From the NCBI RefSeq assembly GCF_035084215.1, contig NW_027139176.1:620001-684000 (forward strand): a stretch of 64,000 nucleotides of DNA, in the 5' to 3' direction. Both the position numbers and the translations under genes were made by a program. Positions 22,701-37,105 of the stretch are shown here, one piece after another; position 1 is the first letter of the stretch; every line of letters begins with the position of its first letter. The DNA is from Heptranchias perlo (taxonomy: Eukaryota). The notes beneath the pieces were generated by a model. It made no database searches. It had not been told where the DNA came from and saw only the letters and a list, made by a program, of their open reading frames with translations.

Positions 22701-25700
22701 ATACCACTGTCCAAATATATCAACACAACTCCGGCAGCATTCTACTGTCCAAATATACCAATACAACTCCGGCAGGATTCTACTGTCCAAATATATCAAT
22801 ACAACTCCGGCAGGATTCTACTGTCCAAATATACCAATACAACTCCGGCAGGATTCTACTGTCCAAATATATCAACACAACTCCGGCAGGATTCTACTAT
22901 CGCAAATATATCAATGCAACTCCCGCAGGATTCTACTGTCCCAAATATATCAATACAACTCCTGCAGGATTCTACTGTCCAAATATACCAATCCAACTCC
23001 GACAGGATTCTCCTGTCCAAATATATCAACACAACTCCGGCAGGATTCTACTGTCCAAATATATCAATACAACTCCGTCAGGATTCTACTGTCCCAAATA
23101 TATCAACACAACTCCGGCAGGATTCTACTGTCCAAATATATCAACACAACTCCGGCAGGATTCTACTGACCAAATATATCAATACAACTCCGGCAGGATT
23201 CTACTGTCCAAATATATCAATGCAACTCCGGCAGGATTCTACTGTCCCAAATATATCAATACAACTCCGGCAGGATTCTACTGTCCTAAATATATCAACA
23301 CAACTCCGGCAGGATTCTACTGTCCCAAATATATCAATACAACTCCGGCAGGATTCTACTGTCCAAATATATCAATACAACTCCGGCAGGATTCTACTGT
23401 CCCAAATATATCAACACAACTCCGGCAGGATTCTACTGTCCCAAATATATCAATACAACTCGGGCAGGATTCTACTGTCCCAAATATATCAATACAACTC
23501 CGGCAGGATTCTACTGTCCAAAATATATCAATACAACTCCGGCAGGATTCTCCTGTCCTCAATATATCAATACAACTCCGGCAGGATTCTACTGTCCAAA
23601 ATATATCAATACAACTCCGGCAGGATTCTACTGTCCCAAATATATCAACACAACTCCGGCAGGATTCTACTGTCCCAAATATATCAATACAACTCCGGCA
23701 GGATTCGACTGTCCAAAATATATCAATACAACTCGGGCAGGATTCTACTGTCCAAATATATCAACACAACTCCGGCAGGATTCTACTGTCCCAAATATAT
23801 CAATACAACTCCGGCAGGATTCTACTGTCCAAAATATATCAATACAACTCCGGCAGGATTCTACTGTCCAAATATATCAATACAACTCCGGCAGGATTCT
23901 ACTGTCCTAAATATATCAATACAACTCCGGCAGGATTCTACTGTCCCAAATATATCAATACAACTCCGGCAGGATTCTACTGTCCAAAATATATCAATAC
24001 AACTCCGGCAGGATTCTACTGTCCAAATATATCAACACAACTCCGGCAGGATTCTACTGTCCTAAATATATCAATACAACTCCTGCAGGATTCTACTGTC
24101 CAAAATATATCCATACAACTCCGGCAGGATTCTACTGTCCCAAATATAACAACACAACTCCGGCAGGATTCTACTGTCCCAAATATATCAACACAACTCC
24201 GGCAGGATTCTACTGTCCCAAATATATCAATACAACTCCGGCAGGATTCTACTGTCCCAAATATATCAATACATCTCCGGCAGGATTCTACTGTCCAAAA
24301 TATATCAATACAACTCCGGCAGGATTCTACTGTCCAAATATATCAACACAACTCCGGCAGGATTCTACTGTCCCAAATATATCAATACAACTCCGGCAGG
24401 ATTCTACTGTCCAAAATATATCAATACAACTCCGGCAGGATTCTACTGTCCCAAATATATCAACACAACTCCGGCAGGATTCTACTGTCCAAAATATATC
24501 AATACAACTCCGGCAGGATTCTACTGTCCAAAATATATCAATACAACTCCGGCAGGATTCTACTGTCCCAAATATATCACTACAACTCCGGCAGGATTCT
24601 GCTGTCCAAAATATATCAATACAACTCCGGCAGGATTCTACTGTCCCAAATATATCAATACAACTCCGGCAGGATTCTACTGTCCCAAATATATCAATAC
24701 AACTCCGGCAGGATTCTACTGTCCAAAATATATCAATACAACTCCGGCAGGATTCTACTGTCCAAATATATCAACACAACTCCGGCAGGATTCTACTGTC
24801 CCAAATATATCAATACAACTCCGGCAGGATTCTACTGTCCAAAATATATCAATACAAGTCCGGCAGGATTCTACTGTCCAAAATATATCAATACAACTCC
24901 GGCAGGATTCTACTGTCCCAAATATATCAACACAACTCCGGCAGGATTCTACTGTCCCAAATATATCAATACAACTCCGGCAGGATTCTACTGTCCCAAA
25001 TATATCAATACAACTCCGGCAGGATTCTACTGTCCAAAATATATCAATACAACTCCGGCAGGATTCTACTGTCCCAAATATATCAACACAACTCCGGCAG
25101 GATTCTACTGTCCCAAATATATCAATACAACTCCGGCAGGATTCTACTGTCCAAATATATCAACACAACTCCGGCAGGATTCTACTGTCCCAAATATATC
25201 AATACAACTCGGGCAGGATTCTACTGTCCCAAATATATCAACACAACTCCGGCAGGATTCTACTGTTCCAAATATATCAATACAACTCCGGCAGGATTCT
25301 ACTGTCCAAATATATCAATACAACTCCGGCAGGATTCTACTGTCCAAAATATATCAATACAACTCGGGCAGGATTCTACTGTCCCAAATATATCAATACA
25401 ACTCCGGCAGGATTCTACTGTCCTAAATATATCAATACAACTGCGGCAGGATTCTAATGTCCGAAATATATCAATACAACTCGGGCAGGATTCTACTGTC
25501 CCAAATATATCAATACAACTCCGGCAGGATTCTACTGTCCCAAATATATCAATACAACTCCGGCAGGATTCTGCTGTCCTAAATATATCAATACAACTCC
25601 GGCAGGATTCTGCTGTCCTAAATATATCAATACAACTCTGGCAGGATTCAACAGTCCAAAATATATCAATACAACTCCGGCATGATTCTGCTGTCCTAAA

Positions 25701-27826
25701 TATATCAACACAACTCCGGCAGGATTCTGCTGTCCCAAATATATCAATACAACTCCGGCAGGATTCTGCTGTCCCAAATATATCAATACAACTCCGGCAG
25801 GATTCTACTGTCCAAATATATCAACACAACTCCGGCAGGATTCTACTGTCCAAATATATCAATACAAATCCGGCAGGATTCTACTGTCCAAATATATCAA
25901 TACAACTCCGGCAGGATTCTACTGTCCTAAATATATCAATACAACTCCGGCAGGATTCTACTGTCCAAATATATCAATACAACTCCGGCAGGTTTCTACT
26001 GTCCTAAATATATCAACACAACTCCGGCAGGATTCTACTGTCCCAAATATATCAATACAACTCTGGCAGGATTCTACTGTCCAAATATATCAATACAACT
26101 GCGGCAGGATTCTACTGTCCCAAATATATCAACACAACTCCGGCAGGATTCTACTGTCCCAAATATATCAATACAACTCCGGCAGGATTCTACTGTCCAA
26201 ATATATCAACACAACTGCGGCAGGATTCTACTGTCCCAAATATATCAACACAACTCCGGCAGGATTCTACTGTCCCAAATATATCAATACAACTCTGGCA
26301 GGATTCTACTGTCCAAATATATCAATACAACTGCGGCAGGATTCTACTGTCCCAAATATATCAACACAACTCCGGCAGGATTCTACTGTCCCAAATATAT
26401 CAATACAACTCCGGCAGGATTCTACTGTCCCAAATATATCAATACAACTCCGGCAGGATTCTACTGTCCAAATATATCAATACAACTCCGGCAGGATTCT
26501 ACTGTCCAAATATTTCAATACAACTCCGGCAGGATTCTACTGTCCAAATATATCAATACAACTCCGGCAGGATTCTACTGTCCCAAATATATCAATACAA
26601 CTCCGGCAGGATTCTACTGTCCAAATATATCAATACAACTCCGGCAGGATTCTACTGTCCAAATATTTCAATACAACTCCGGCAGGATTCTACTGTCCAA
26701 ATATATCAATACAACTCCGGCAGGATTCTACTGTCCCAAATATATCAATACAACTCCGGCAGGATTCTACTGTCCAAATATATCAATACAACTCCGGCAG
26801 GATTCTACTGTCCAAATATATCAATACAACTCCGGCAGGATTCTACTGTCCAAATATTTCAATACAACTCCGGCAGGATTCTACTGTCCAAATATATCAA
26901 TACAACTCCGGCAGGATTCTACTGTCCCAAATATATCAACATAACTCCGGCAGGATTCTACTGTCCCAAATATATCAATACAACTCCGGCAGGATTCTAC
27001 TGTCCAAATATATCAACACAACTCCGGCAGGATTCTACTGTCCTAAATATATCAATACAACTCCGGCAGGATTCTACTGTCCCAAATATATCAACATAAC
27101 TCCGGCAGGATTCTACTGTCCCAAATATATCAATACAACTCCGGCAGGATTCTACTGTCCAAATATATCAACACAACTCCGGCAGGATTCTACTGTCCCA
27201 AATATATCAATACAACTGCGGCAGGATTCTACTGTCCCAAATATATCAATACAACTCCGGCAGGATTCTACTGTCCAAATATTTCAATACAACTCCGGCA
27301 GGATTCTACTGTCCAAATATATCAATACAACTGCGGCAGGATTCTACTGTCCCAAATATATCAATACAACTCCGGCAGGATTCTACTGTCCAAATATTTC
27401 AATACAACTCCGGCAGGATTCTACTGTCCAAATATATCAATACAACTCCGGCAGGATTCTACTGTCCCAAATATATCAATACAACTCCGGCAGGATTCTA
27501 CTGTCCCAAATATATCAATACAACTCCGGCAGGATTCTACTGTCCAAATATTTCAATACAACTCCGGCAGGATTCTACTGTCCCAAATATATCAATACAA
27601 CTCCGGCAGGATTCTACTGTCCCAAATATATCAACATAACTCCGGCAGGATTCTACTGTCCCAAATATATCAATACAACTCCGGCAGGATTCTACTGTCC
27701 AAATATATCAACACAACTCCGGCAGGATTCTACTGTCCTAAATATATCAGTACAACTCCGGCAGGATTCCACTGTCCAAATATATCAACACAACTCCGGA
27801 AGGATTCTACTGTCCTAAATATATCA
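13769..27826. repeat. 38/39-bp satellite, ~14 kb (~365 units) AAATATATCAATACAACTCCGGCAGGATTCTACTGTCC(N)
   Basis: Continuous tandem periodicity with a +/-1-nt variable position after TGTCC. Confidence 0.98.
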
Positions 27827-27845
27827 GATGTGATAGCATTTGTGT

Positions 27846-28870
27846 GTTCAATGACTGTAACTAACATTAATGGTGATGTTACAGAATCTGTTTGTTCAAT
27901 GACTGTAACTAACATTAATGGTGATGTTGCAGAATCTGTTTATTCAATGACTGTAACTAACATTAATGGTGATGTTACAGAATCTGTTTATTCCATGACT
28001 GTAACTAACATTAATGGTGATGTTACAGAATCTGTTTGTTCAATGACTGTAACTAACATTAATGGTGATGTTACAGAATCTGTTTATTCAATGACTGTAA
28101 CTAACATTAATGGTGATGTTACAGAATCTGTTCAATGACTGTAACTAACATTAATGGTGATGTTACAGAATCTGTTTATTCAATGACTGTAACTAACATT
28201 AATGGTGATGTTACAGAATCTGTTCAATGACTGTAACTAACATTAATGGTGATGTTGCAGAATCTGTTTATTCAATGACTGTAACTAACATTAATGGTGA
28301 TGTTACAGAATCTGTTTATTCAATGACTGTAACTAACATTAATGGTGATGTTACAGAATCTGTTCAATGACTGTAACTAACATTAATGGTGATGTTACAG
28401 AATCTGTTTATTCAATGACTGTAACTAACATTAATGGTGATGTTACAGAATCTGTTCAATGACTGTAACTAACATTAATGGTGATGTTACAGAATCTGTT
28501 TATTCAATGACTGTAACTAACATTAATGGTGATGTTACAGAATCTGTTTATTCAGTGACTGTAACTAACATTAATGGTGATGTTACAGAATCTGTTTATT
28601 CAATGACTGTAACTAACATTAATGGTGATGTTACAGAATCTGTTTATTCAGTGACTGTAACTAACATTAATGGTGATGTTACAGAATCTGTTTATTCAAT
28701 GACTGTAACTAACATTAATGGTGATGTTACAGAATCTATTCAATGACTGTAACTAACATTAATGGTGATGTTACAGAATCTGTTCATTCAATGACTGTAA
28801 CTAACATTAATGGTGATGTTACAGAATCTGTTTATTCAATGACTGTAACTAACATTAATGGTGATGTAAC
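27846..28870. repeat. 48-bp minisatellite (~22 units, some 44-bp) ATGACTGTAACTAACATTAATGGTGATGTTACAGAATCTGTTTATTCA
   Basis: Direct periodicity. It abuts the 38/39-bp satellite on the left and the GPCR promoter on the right. Confidence 0.96.
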
Positions 28871-29718
28871 CTAATTGTCTCTCTGGGGGTTAACATCAGG
28901 TATAAGAAGGGATCCTTTCAATATCGAACAGAGCGGGTGTGGGACAGGGAACTGACATCGCTGCTTCTCACAGAAAATGCACTCCCCGCCCAGAGGTCCG
29001 GTCTATGCCATTTACTACACTGTCCTTGCAGCTGTCGCTGTTCCGGGTAAAGTATTACAGCAAGTTATTCATTGTGAGAAGCATTAGTTACCTGAATTGT
29101 CTCAGTGACTGGTTGTTGACCGCACTTTGTACAATGCGTTTCCCCCGGAGCCGCCTGTCCAGCGGGATCACTCCAATCCGTGTTCCACCCTGAAAGGACT
29201 TTGTTTGTTCAGTGCGACGGTTGATTGAAATTATATTCACATGTTGATATTTTTTGATCATAATTGGACTGTGTCTGTGTAATGGCGGAGAGTGAAATAT
29301 CCCTCCCCCAACACCGACCTCCAAATCACACTTTGAAATGTGTCTCCATTCTCTCCAATCAGCCGCTTCCCCGGTGTGAGGAGCGGGCGAACTTCCCACC
29401 AGCTCACGCCTTGCTCCGGTCTAACTGTTTCTGGACGATTGTGAATAGGTGGAGAAAAAATCTCTGCAAAAATACCTCTGTGTGTTTAAACTGTATTGAA
29501 TTACATGCAGTTCTAATCATTGCCTTGTAATCGGGTTTAATGACATTTCACCTCTCTCAGTTCCCGGGATCTCAGCTCTGCTCCCACCTCCTCCCATCTC
29601 CTGGTGTGTCTCGGACTAACCCGTTCCAGCTGGCTGTAACTGGACAACGTTACAAAGTGAATACTTTAAATACAATGTGTAATTGTACATTATATCAGTG
29701 TAAGACACAAGCTCGTTA

Positions 29719-30876
29719 CCGCATGGTAGGTTGTTACATAAGGTTAAATCTCACGGGATCCAAGGTGAGGTAGCCAATTGGATACAACATTGGATTGACG
29801 ACAGAAGACAGAGGGTGGGTGTGGAGGGTTGTTTTTTAAACTGGAGGCCTGTGACCAGCGGTGTGCCTCAGGGATCCGTGCTGGGTCCGCTGTTATTTGT
29901 TATTTATATTAATGATTTGGATGAGAATTTAGGAGGCATGGTTAGTAAGTTTGCAGATGACACCAAGATTGGTGGCGTTGTGGACAGTGAAGAAGGTTAT
30001 CTAGGATTGCAACGGAATCTTGATAAATTGGGCCAGTGGGCCGATGAATGGCAGATGGAGTTTAATTCAGATAAATGTGAGGTGATGCATTTTGGTAGAT
30101 CGAATCGGACCAGGACCTACTCCGTTAATGGTAGGGCGTTGGGGAGAGTTATAGAACAAAGAGATCTAGGAGTACAGATTCATAGCTCCTTGAAAGTGGA
30201 GTCACAGGTGGATAGGGAGGTGAAGAAGACATTCAGCATGCTTGGTTTCATTGGTCAGAACATTGAATACAGGAGTTGGGATGTCTTGTTGAAGTTGTAC
30301 AAGACATTAGTAAGGCCACACTTGGAATACTGTGCACAGTTCTGGTCACCCTATTATAGAAAGGATATTATTAAACTAGAAAGAGTGCAGAAAAGATTTA
30401 CTAGGATGCTGCCGGGACTTGATGGTTTGACTTATAGGGAGAGGTTTGACAGACTGGGACTTTTTTCCCTGGAGAGTAGGAAGTTAAGGGGTGATCTTAT
30501 AGAAGTCTATAAAATAATGAGGGGCATAGATAAGGTAGATAGTCAAAATCTTTTCCCAAAAGTAGGGGAGTCTCTAATGAGGGGGCATAGATTTAAGGTG
30601 AGAGGGGAGAGATACAAAAGGGTCCAGAGGGGCAATTTTTTCACTCAAAGGGTGGTGAGTGTCTGGAACGAGCTGCCAGAGGCAGTAGTAGAGGCGGGTA
30701 CAATTTTGTATTTTAAAAAGTATTTGGACAGTTACATGGGTAAGATGGGTGCAGAGGGAGATGGGCCAAGTGCAGGCAATTGGGACTAGCTTAGTGGTAT
30801 AAACTGGGCGACATGGACATGTTGGGCCGAAGGGCCTGTTTCCATGTTGTAAACTTCTATGATTCTATGATTCTAT
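29719..30876 (+). mobile_element. 5'-truncated CR1 LINE (RT half, uninterrupted frame) in the GPCR intron
   Basis: ORF 29731-30789 has GVPQGSVLGP, KFADD and LVRPHLEYC, followed by a (TTCTATGA)n tail. Confidence 0.95.
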
Positions 30877-31129
30877 AACAGGATCACGCAGTGAGACCGT
30901 GTCCTCACATTTCCTATCACCTTATTGATATTATATTTCAGTGATATTATCATATTATTGATCAATGGGTCTGATTTGTCTTCCCTCCTCTCCTGCGGTT
31001 TGACTCAGGCTGGGGCTCGGTAATACTGAGGTTCTATTCGCCCCTCCCCCGTGACACTGGAGATTCTGTGACCCGCCCTTCTGTTTCATTCCTTGTATTT
31101 ATTTCCAGTTGTATGATCTTAGTTCAGTG

Positions 31130-31420
31130 AGAAACACTCTGACCTCTTAGTCCGAGAGTTACGGGTTCTACAGCCCACTCCAGGACCTTAGTCCATAGTC
31201 CGGGATGACACAGGGAAGGATTGAGGGAGTGCTGCATTGCGGGACCTGTGGTTCTCCCACGACCCCCTGAACCCCAGCCCCCGTCAGGTGATTGGGATGG
31301 AAGTTGAGGATTGTATTGGAGAACTACCGACCGATCTCCTGGTGCTCTGGATAATATTCATTCTCAATCAATGCCGCCAGATCCAGACTAACTGGGTAAT
31401 GCTCTCCCTGCTGTTTCCGG
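31130..31420 (+). mobile_element. Decayed tRNA-derived Deu-domain-type SINE
   Basis: tRNA-like head (..gggttc..cccactccagga..), the tgagggagtgctgca core and ctcctggtg..ctggataatatt..ctcaa resemble DeuSINE (SacSINE1/AmnSINE-like) consensus from memory. Confidence 0.45.
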
Positions 31421-31909
31421 GACCTGGATCAGCCAGACTGACCGTGGGTCTGTCAATGTGAAGGGGATCCAATATATTGAGAGATCTGTCAGGCGGTCAC
31501 ATCAATACGAATCTTCACAATCTTTGTTTCATTGTTTGTAAGATTCATTTTACATTTGTTCTGTTTTTGTTCCATTTGTTACTGTGTTGATTGTGTGGTT
31601 TTTCATTAATTATCTTAAACTGTATAAATTGCTCATTATTCATTACACAAGGACTGTTATTAACACGTTTGAACATTCTATTTATTTTAATACATGTTGT
31701 TTCCCAAGGATTTTAAATATTTTTCGTTCACCGAGGTCTCTGGCCTGTGTGGAATCTTAGAGGACAGGAGGAGGCCATTCGGTCCATCGCGCCTGTGCCA
31801 GCTCTTTAAAAGATTAACTGTCAGACTCCATCCCTTCAATTATCAAAGACGGAAACTTTATACAATTCCGGTCAATGTATTACTTCTGCTGGGAGTCTAT
31901 AAGTTAATC

Positions 31910-32628
31910 TAAATGGTATTATTTTGATGTAGTACAAGAGCAGAGGGACCTGGGGGGACATATTGATAAATATTTGAAGGCGGCAGGGCAAGCTGATAAA
32001 GCGGTTAAGACAGTGTATGGGATAAATCGGAGCATTGAATAAAAAACACGGAAATCACTCTAAAACTTTACAAATCTCAGGTTAGGCCTCAGCGTACTGT
32101 GTCCAATTCTGGGCACCGCACTTTAGCAAGGGTGTCAAGGCCCTGGAGAGGGTGCAGAGGAGATTTACCAGGATGGTTCGAGGGGATGAGAGACTCCAGT
32201 TATGTGGAGAGACTGGAGAAGCTGGGATTGTTCTCCTTAGAGCAGAGAAGATTAAGGGGAGATTTAATAGAGGTGCTAAGAATCATGAGGGCTTTCGATC
32301 GAACAAGTAGGGAGAAGCTGATTCCTTGGGTAAGTGGGTGGGTAAAATAATAGGCAAAAGAACTGGAGGGGAAATCAGGAGAAATATTTCGACACCGAGG
32401 GCTGTGAGATTTGGAGAGCACCACCTGAAGCGGTGGGGGGGGGTGAAGCAAATTCCACAGGAAATTTCAAAAGGAAATTGGACCTGTACTTAACGCTGAT
32501 TCGCAGCGTTAAGGGGAAAAAGCTTGGGGAGTGGGATCAAATTGCAGACCTCTATCAAGGAGCTGGCACAGGCACGGCGGGCCGAATGGCCTCCTCCTGT
32601 GCTGTAAGATACTATGATTCCATTCTCT
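31910..32628 (+). mobile_element. Degenerate CR1 LINE fragment ending just before the GPCR exon-2 acceptor
   Basis: [23 protein letters not shown] motif, then 3' end gccgaatggcctcctcctgtgctgtaagatactatgattc. Confidence 0.85.
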
Positions 32629-33773
32629 AACTTCTCATCTCTCTCCTTCTTCACAGTTAATTTAGTGGCGATTGTGATCCTGTCCTGAGGAAGGTGCGGT
32701 CTCTCCAGATGTATCACTCGGTACCTGGTGTCCATGGCGGTGACGGATCTCCTGGTCATTCTCACGGCTGTGATATTAAACCGGATTCCTGGTATTTATT
32801 TTCCGGGTAGTTTCCTGTCCATCACTCCCGTCTGTAGTCTGAGCATTACATTAATTTATGCATCAAGAGACAGTTCTGTCTGGTTAACGGTCGCTTTCAC
32901 CTTTGATCGATTTGTGGCCATTTGTTGCCAGAAGCTGAAAATTAAATATTGCACCGAGAAAACGGCGGCCGTGGTTATCGGGACGGTCTGTGCGCTGATT
33001 TGTTTTAAAACCGTCCCCTGGTACTTTATGCACGAACCCGTCTACATAATTAACAAAATCCCATGGTATTGCAGACAGAAGGATATCCGTTATACATCAA
33101 TTGTATGGACAGCATTTGATTGGTCTGATCGTCTTTTAACCCCTTGTCTCCCATTCATTCTGATTCTTCTGCTCAATGTTCTGACCGTCAGACACATTCT
33201 AGCGGCCAACAGAGCCCGCAGGAGACTCCGGGTCCACAGCAATGGAGAGAATCAGAGTGACCCGGAGATGGAGAGTCGGAGAAAGTCCATCGTTTTACTC
33301 TTCGCCATCTCGGGCAGTTTTATCCTCTTGTGGATAACGTATGTTGTACAATTCTTATATGTGCGAATTACAAACGATTACAACATCAAAAGCTTCAGTG
33401 ATCCGAAGTTTATTCTGCAGGAAAGCGGAAACATGCTTCAGCTCCTAAGTTCTTGCACCAACACGTTTATTTATGCAGTGACTCAAAGTAAATTCAGGGA
33501 GGAGTTAACGAATGCGGTCAAATATCCACTGAATCTAATTGTTCAATTAATTATACAGCGAAAGGAATAAATTCCAATCATAATTCTGCCTTTTAAAAAT
33601 AAGAACCACTCTCAGCTGTTAACAAACCAGGAAACAAAGCTGGTTTGTTTTCAAATTAGTAATAAATCGGAACAGGAAACATTTCCAACTTTTGTGGCTT
33701 CCGTAAAATAATCACCACTGTAAGAGATTGATAACAGGGATTTCAGGTGCGTTGAGTTCTGGGATGGGGCGGA

Positions 33774-36700
33774 TGACCTCACTGTACCAGAGAGAGAAAC
33801 ATCCCAATTTACTGACAGGTGACCTTACTGTACCAGTGAGAAAAACATCCCAATTTACTGACAGGTGACCTTACTGTACCAGTGAGACAAACATCCCAAT
33901 TTACTGACAGGTGACCTTACTGTACCAGTGAGACAAACATCCCAATTTACTGACAGGTGACCTTACAGTACCAGTGAGAGAAACATCCCAATTTACTGAC
34001 AGGTGACCTTACTGTACCAGAGAGACAAACATCCCAATTTACTGACAGTTGATCTTACTGTACCAGTGAGAAAAACATCCCAATTTACTGACAGGTGACC
34101 TTACTGTACCAGTGAGAAAAACATCCCAATTTACTGACAGGTGACCTTACTGTACCAGTGAGACAAACATCCCAATTTACTGACAGGTGACCTTACTGTA
34201 CCAGTGAGACAAACATCTCAATTTACTGACAGGTGACCTTACTGTACCAGTGAGACAAACATCCCAATTTACTGACAGGTGACCTTACAGTACCAGTGAG
34301 AGAAACATCCCAATTTACTGACAGGTGACCTTACTGTACCAGAGAGACAAACATCCCAATTTACTGACAGGTGATCTTACTGTACCAGTGAGAAAAACAT
34401 CCCAATTTACTGACAGGTGACCTTACTGTACCAGTGAGAAAAACATCCCAATTTACTGACAGGTGACCTTACTGTACCAGTGAGACAAACATCCCAATTT
34501 ACTGACAGGTAACCTTACTGTACCAGTGAGACAAACATCCCAATTTACTGACAGGTGACCTTACTGTACCAGTGAGACAAACATCTCAATTTACTGACAG
34601 GTGACCTTACTGTACCAGTGAGAAAAACATCCCAATTTACTGACAGGTGATCTTACTGTACCAGTGAGAAAAACATCCCAATTTACTGACAGGTGACCTT
34701 ACTGTACCAGTGAGAAAAACATCCCAATTTACTGACAGGTGACCTTACTGTACCAGTGAGACAAACATCCCAATTTACTGACAGGTGACCTTACTGTACC
34801 AGTGAGACAAACATCTCAATTTACTGACAGGTGACCTTACTGTACCAGTGAGACAAACATCCCAATTTACTGACAGGTGACCTTACAGTACCAGTGAGAG
34901 AAACATCCCAATTTACTGACAGGTGACCTTACTGTACCAGAGAGACAAACATCCCAATTTACTGACAGGTGATCTTACTGTACCAGTGAGAAAAGCATCC
35001 CAATTTACTGACAGGTGACCTTACTGTACCAGTGAGAAAAACATCCCAATTTACTGACAGGTGACCTTACTGTACCAGTGAGACAAACATCCCAATTTAC
35101 AGACAGGTAACCTTACTGTACCAGTGAGACAAACATCCCAATTTACTGACAGGTGACCTTACTGTACCAGTGAGACAAACATCTCAATTTACTGACAGGT
35201 GACCTTACTGTACCAGTGAGAAAAACATCCCAATTTACTGACAGGTGACCTTACTGTACCAGTGAGACAAACATCCCAATTTACTGACAGGTGACCTTAC
35301 TGTACCAGTGAGACAAACATCCCAATTTACTGACAGGTGACCTTACAGTACCAGTGAGACAAACATCCCAATTTACTGACAGGTGACCAAACTGTACCAG
35401 TGAGACAAACATCCCAATTTACTGACAGGTGATCTTACTGTACCAGTGAGACAAACATCCCAATTTACTGACAGGTGACCTTACTGTACCAGTGAGACAA
35501 ACATCCCAATTTACTGACAGGTGACCTTACTGTACCAGTGAGACAAACATCCCAATTTACTGACAGGTGACCTTACTGTACCAGTGAGACAAACATCCCA
35601 ATTTACTGACAGGTGACCTTACTGTACCAGTGAGACAAACATCCCAATTTACTGACAGGTGACCTTACTGTACCAGTGAGATAAACATCCCAATTTACTG
35701 ACAGGTGACCTTACAGTACCAGAGAGACAAACATCCCAATTTACTGACAGGTGACCTTACTGTACCAGTGAGATAAACATCCCAATTTTCTGACAGGTGA
35801 CCTTACTGTACCAGAGAGACAAACATCCCAATTTACTGACAGGTGACCTTACTGTACCAGAGAGACAAACATCCCAATTTACTGACAGGTGACATTACTG
35901 TACCAGTGAGATAAACATCCCAATTTACTGACAGGTGACCTTACTGTACCAGAGAGACAAACATCTCAATTTACTGACAGGTGACCTTACTGTACCAGAG
36001 AGACAAACATCTCAATTTACTGACAGGTGACCTTACTGTACCAGAGAGACAAACATCCCAATTTACTGACAGGTGACCTTACTGTACCAGAGAGACAATC
36101 ATCCCAATTTACTGACAGGTGACCTTACTGTACCAGTGAGACAAACATCCCAATTTACTGACAAGTGACCTTACTGTACCAGAGAGACAAACATCTCAAT
36201 TTACTGACAGGTGACCTTACTGTACCAGAGAGACAAACATCTCAATTTACTGACAGGTGACCTTACTGTACCAGTGAGATAAACATCCCAATTTACTGAC
36301 AGGTGACCTTACTGTACCAGAGAGACAAACATCCCAATTTACTGACAGGTGATCTTACTGTACCAGAGAGACAAACATCTCAATTTACTGACAGGTGACC
36401 TTACTGTACCAGTGAGATAAACATCCCAATTTACTGATAGGTGACCTTACTGTACCAGTGAGACAAACATCCCAATTTACTGACAGGTGACCTTACTGTA
36501 CCAGTGAGACAAACATCCCAATTTACTGACAGGTGACCTTACTGTACCAGTGAGACAAACATCCCAATTTACTGACAGGTGACCTTACTGTACCAGAGAG
36601 ACAAACATCCCAATTTACTGACAGGTGACCTTACTTTACCAGTGAGACAAACATCCCAATTTACTGACAGGTGATCTTACTGTACCAGTGAGAAAAACAT

Positions 36701-36809
36701 CCCAATTTACTGACAGGTGACCTTACTGTACCAGAGAGACAAACATCCCAATTTACTGACAGGTGACCTTACTGTACCAGAGAGACAAACATCCCAATTT
36801 ACTGACAGG
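33774..36809. repeat. 46-bp minisatellite (~66 units) ACTGTACCAGTGAGACAAACATCCCAATTTACTGACAGGTGACCTT
   Basis: Direct 46-nt periodicity starting ~200 nt after the GPCR stop codon. Confidence 0.97.
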
Positions 36810-37105
36810 CATGCTTCAATTTCTCAATCACTAGAGAAGCATTTTAAAGGCGCTGGGCCGTGAGTTTCTCCGGTGGAGATGGGAATCTTCATGAGAACCT
36901 GATCTCCATGTCTGAGCCAGGTTGTTCCACGTCGTTCCCTATGGAAATTGCAAGAGAGTTGTGATTTTAATTTGTGTATCAACAATACTGTTTATTAAAC
37001 CTGCAATAAAGCTGTTAATTTTATGTTGCTTATTTAATCCCATGCAAGTATTATGGAGTCCATTGCTCTGGTATCTTTGTGCAGCTACATTGATCATGAT
37101 CCCTG

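Larger units (their letters stand above)
28977..33570 (+). pseudogene. GPR139: GPR139-like class A GPCR, two exons (28977-29046, 32657-33570), in-frame TGA at 32686
   Basis: Exon 1 MHSPPRGPVYAIYYTVLAAVAVP with G|GTAAAG splices (phase 1, ttcacAG|) to VNLVAIVILS*GRCGLSRCITRYLVSMAVTDLL...FTFDRFVAICC...PCLPFILILLLN...LLSSCTNTFIYAVTQSKFREEL, about 327 codons with 7TM character. TATA-like TATAAG at 28901. It is likely a member of the cartilaginous-fish GPR139-like expansion rather than the 1:1 orthologue. Confidence 0.82.

Noticed and set aside
13769-27826. CRISPR-like appearance of the ~38-bp repeats (also the 40- and 46-mers)
   Set aside because: Units are head-to-tail with no unique spacers, there are no cas genes, and the context is vertebrate.
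32686-32688. TGA as selenocysteine or programmed read-through in the GPCR
   Set aside because: The position corresponds to Arg rather than Cys and fits CpG deamination. No SECIS-like structure was recognised in the 3' region.
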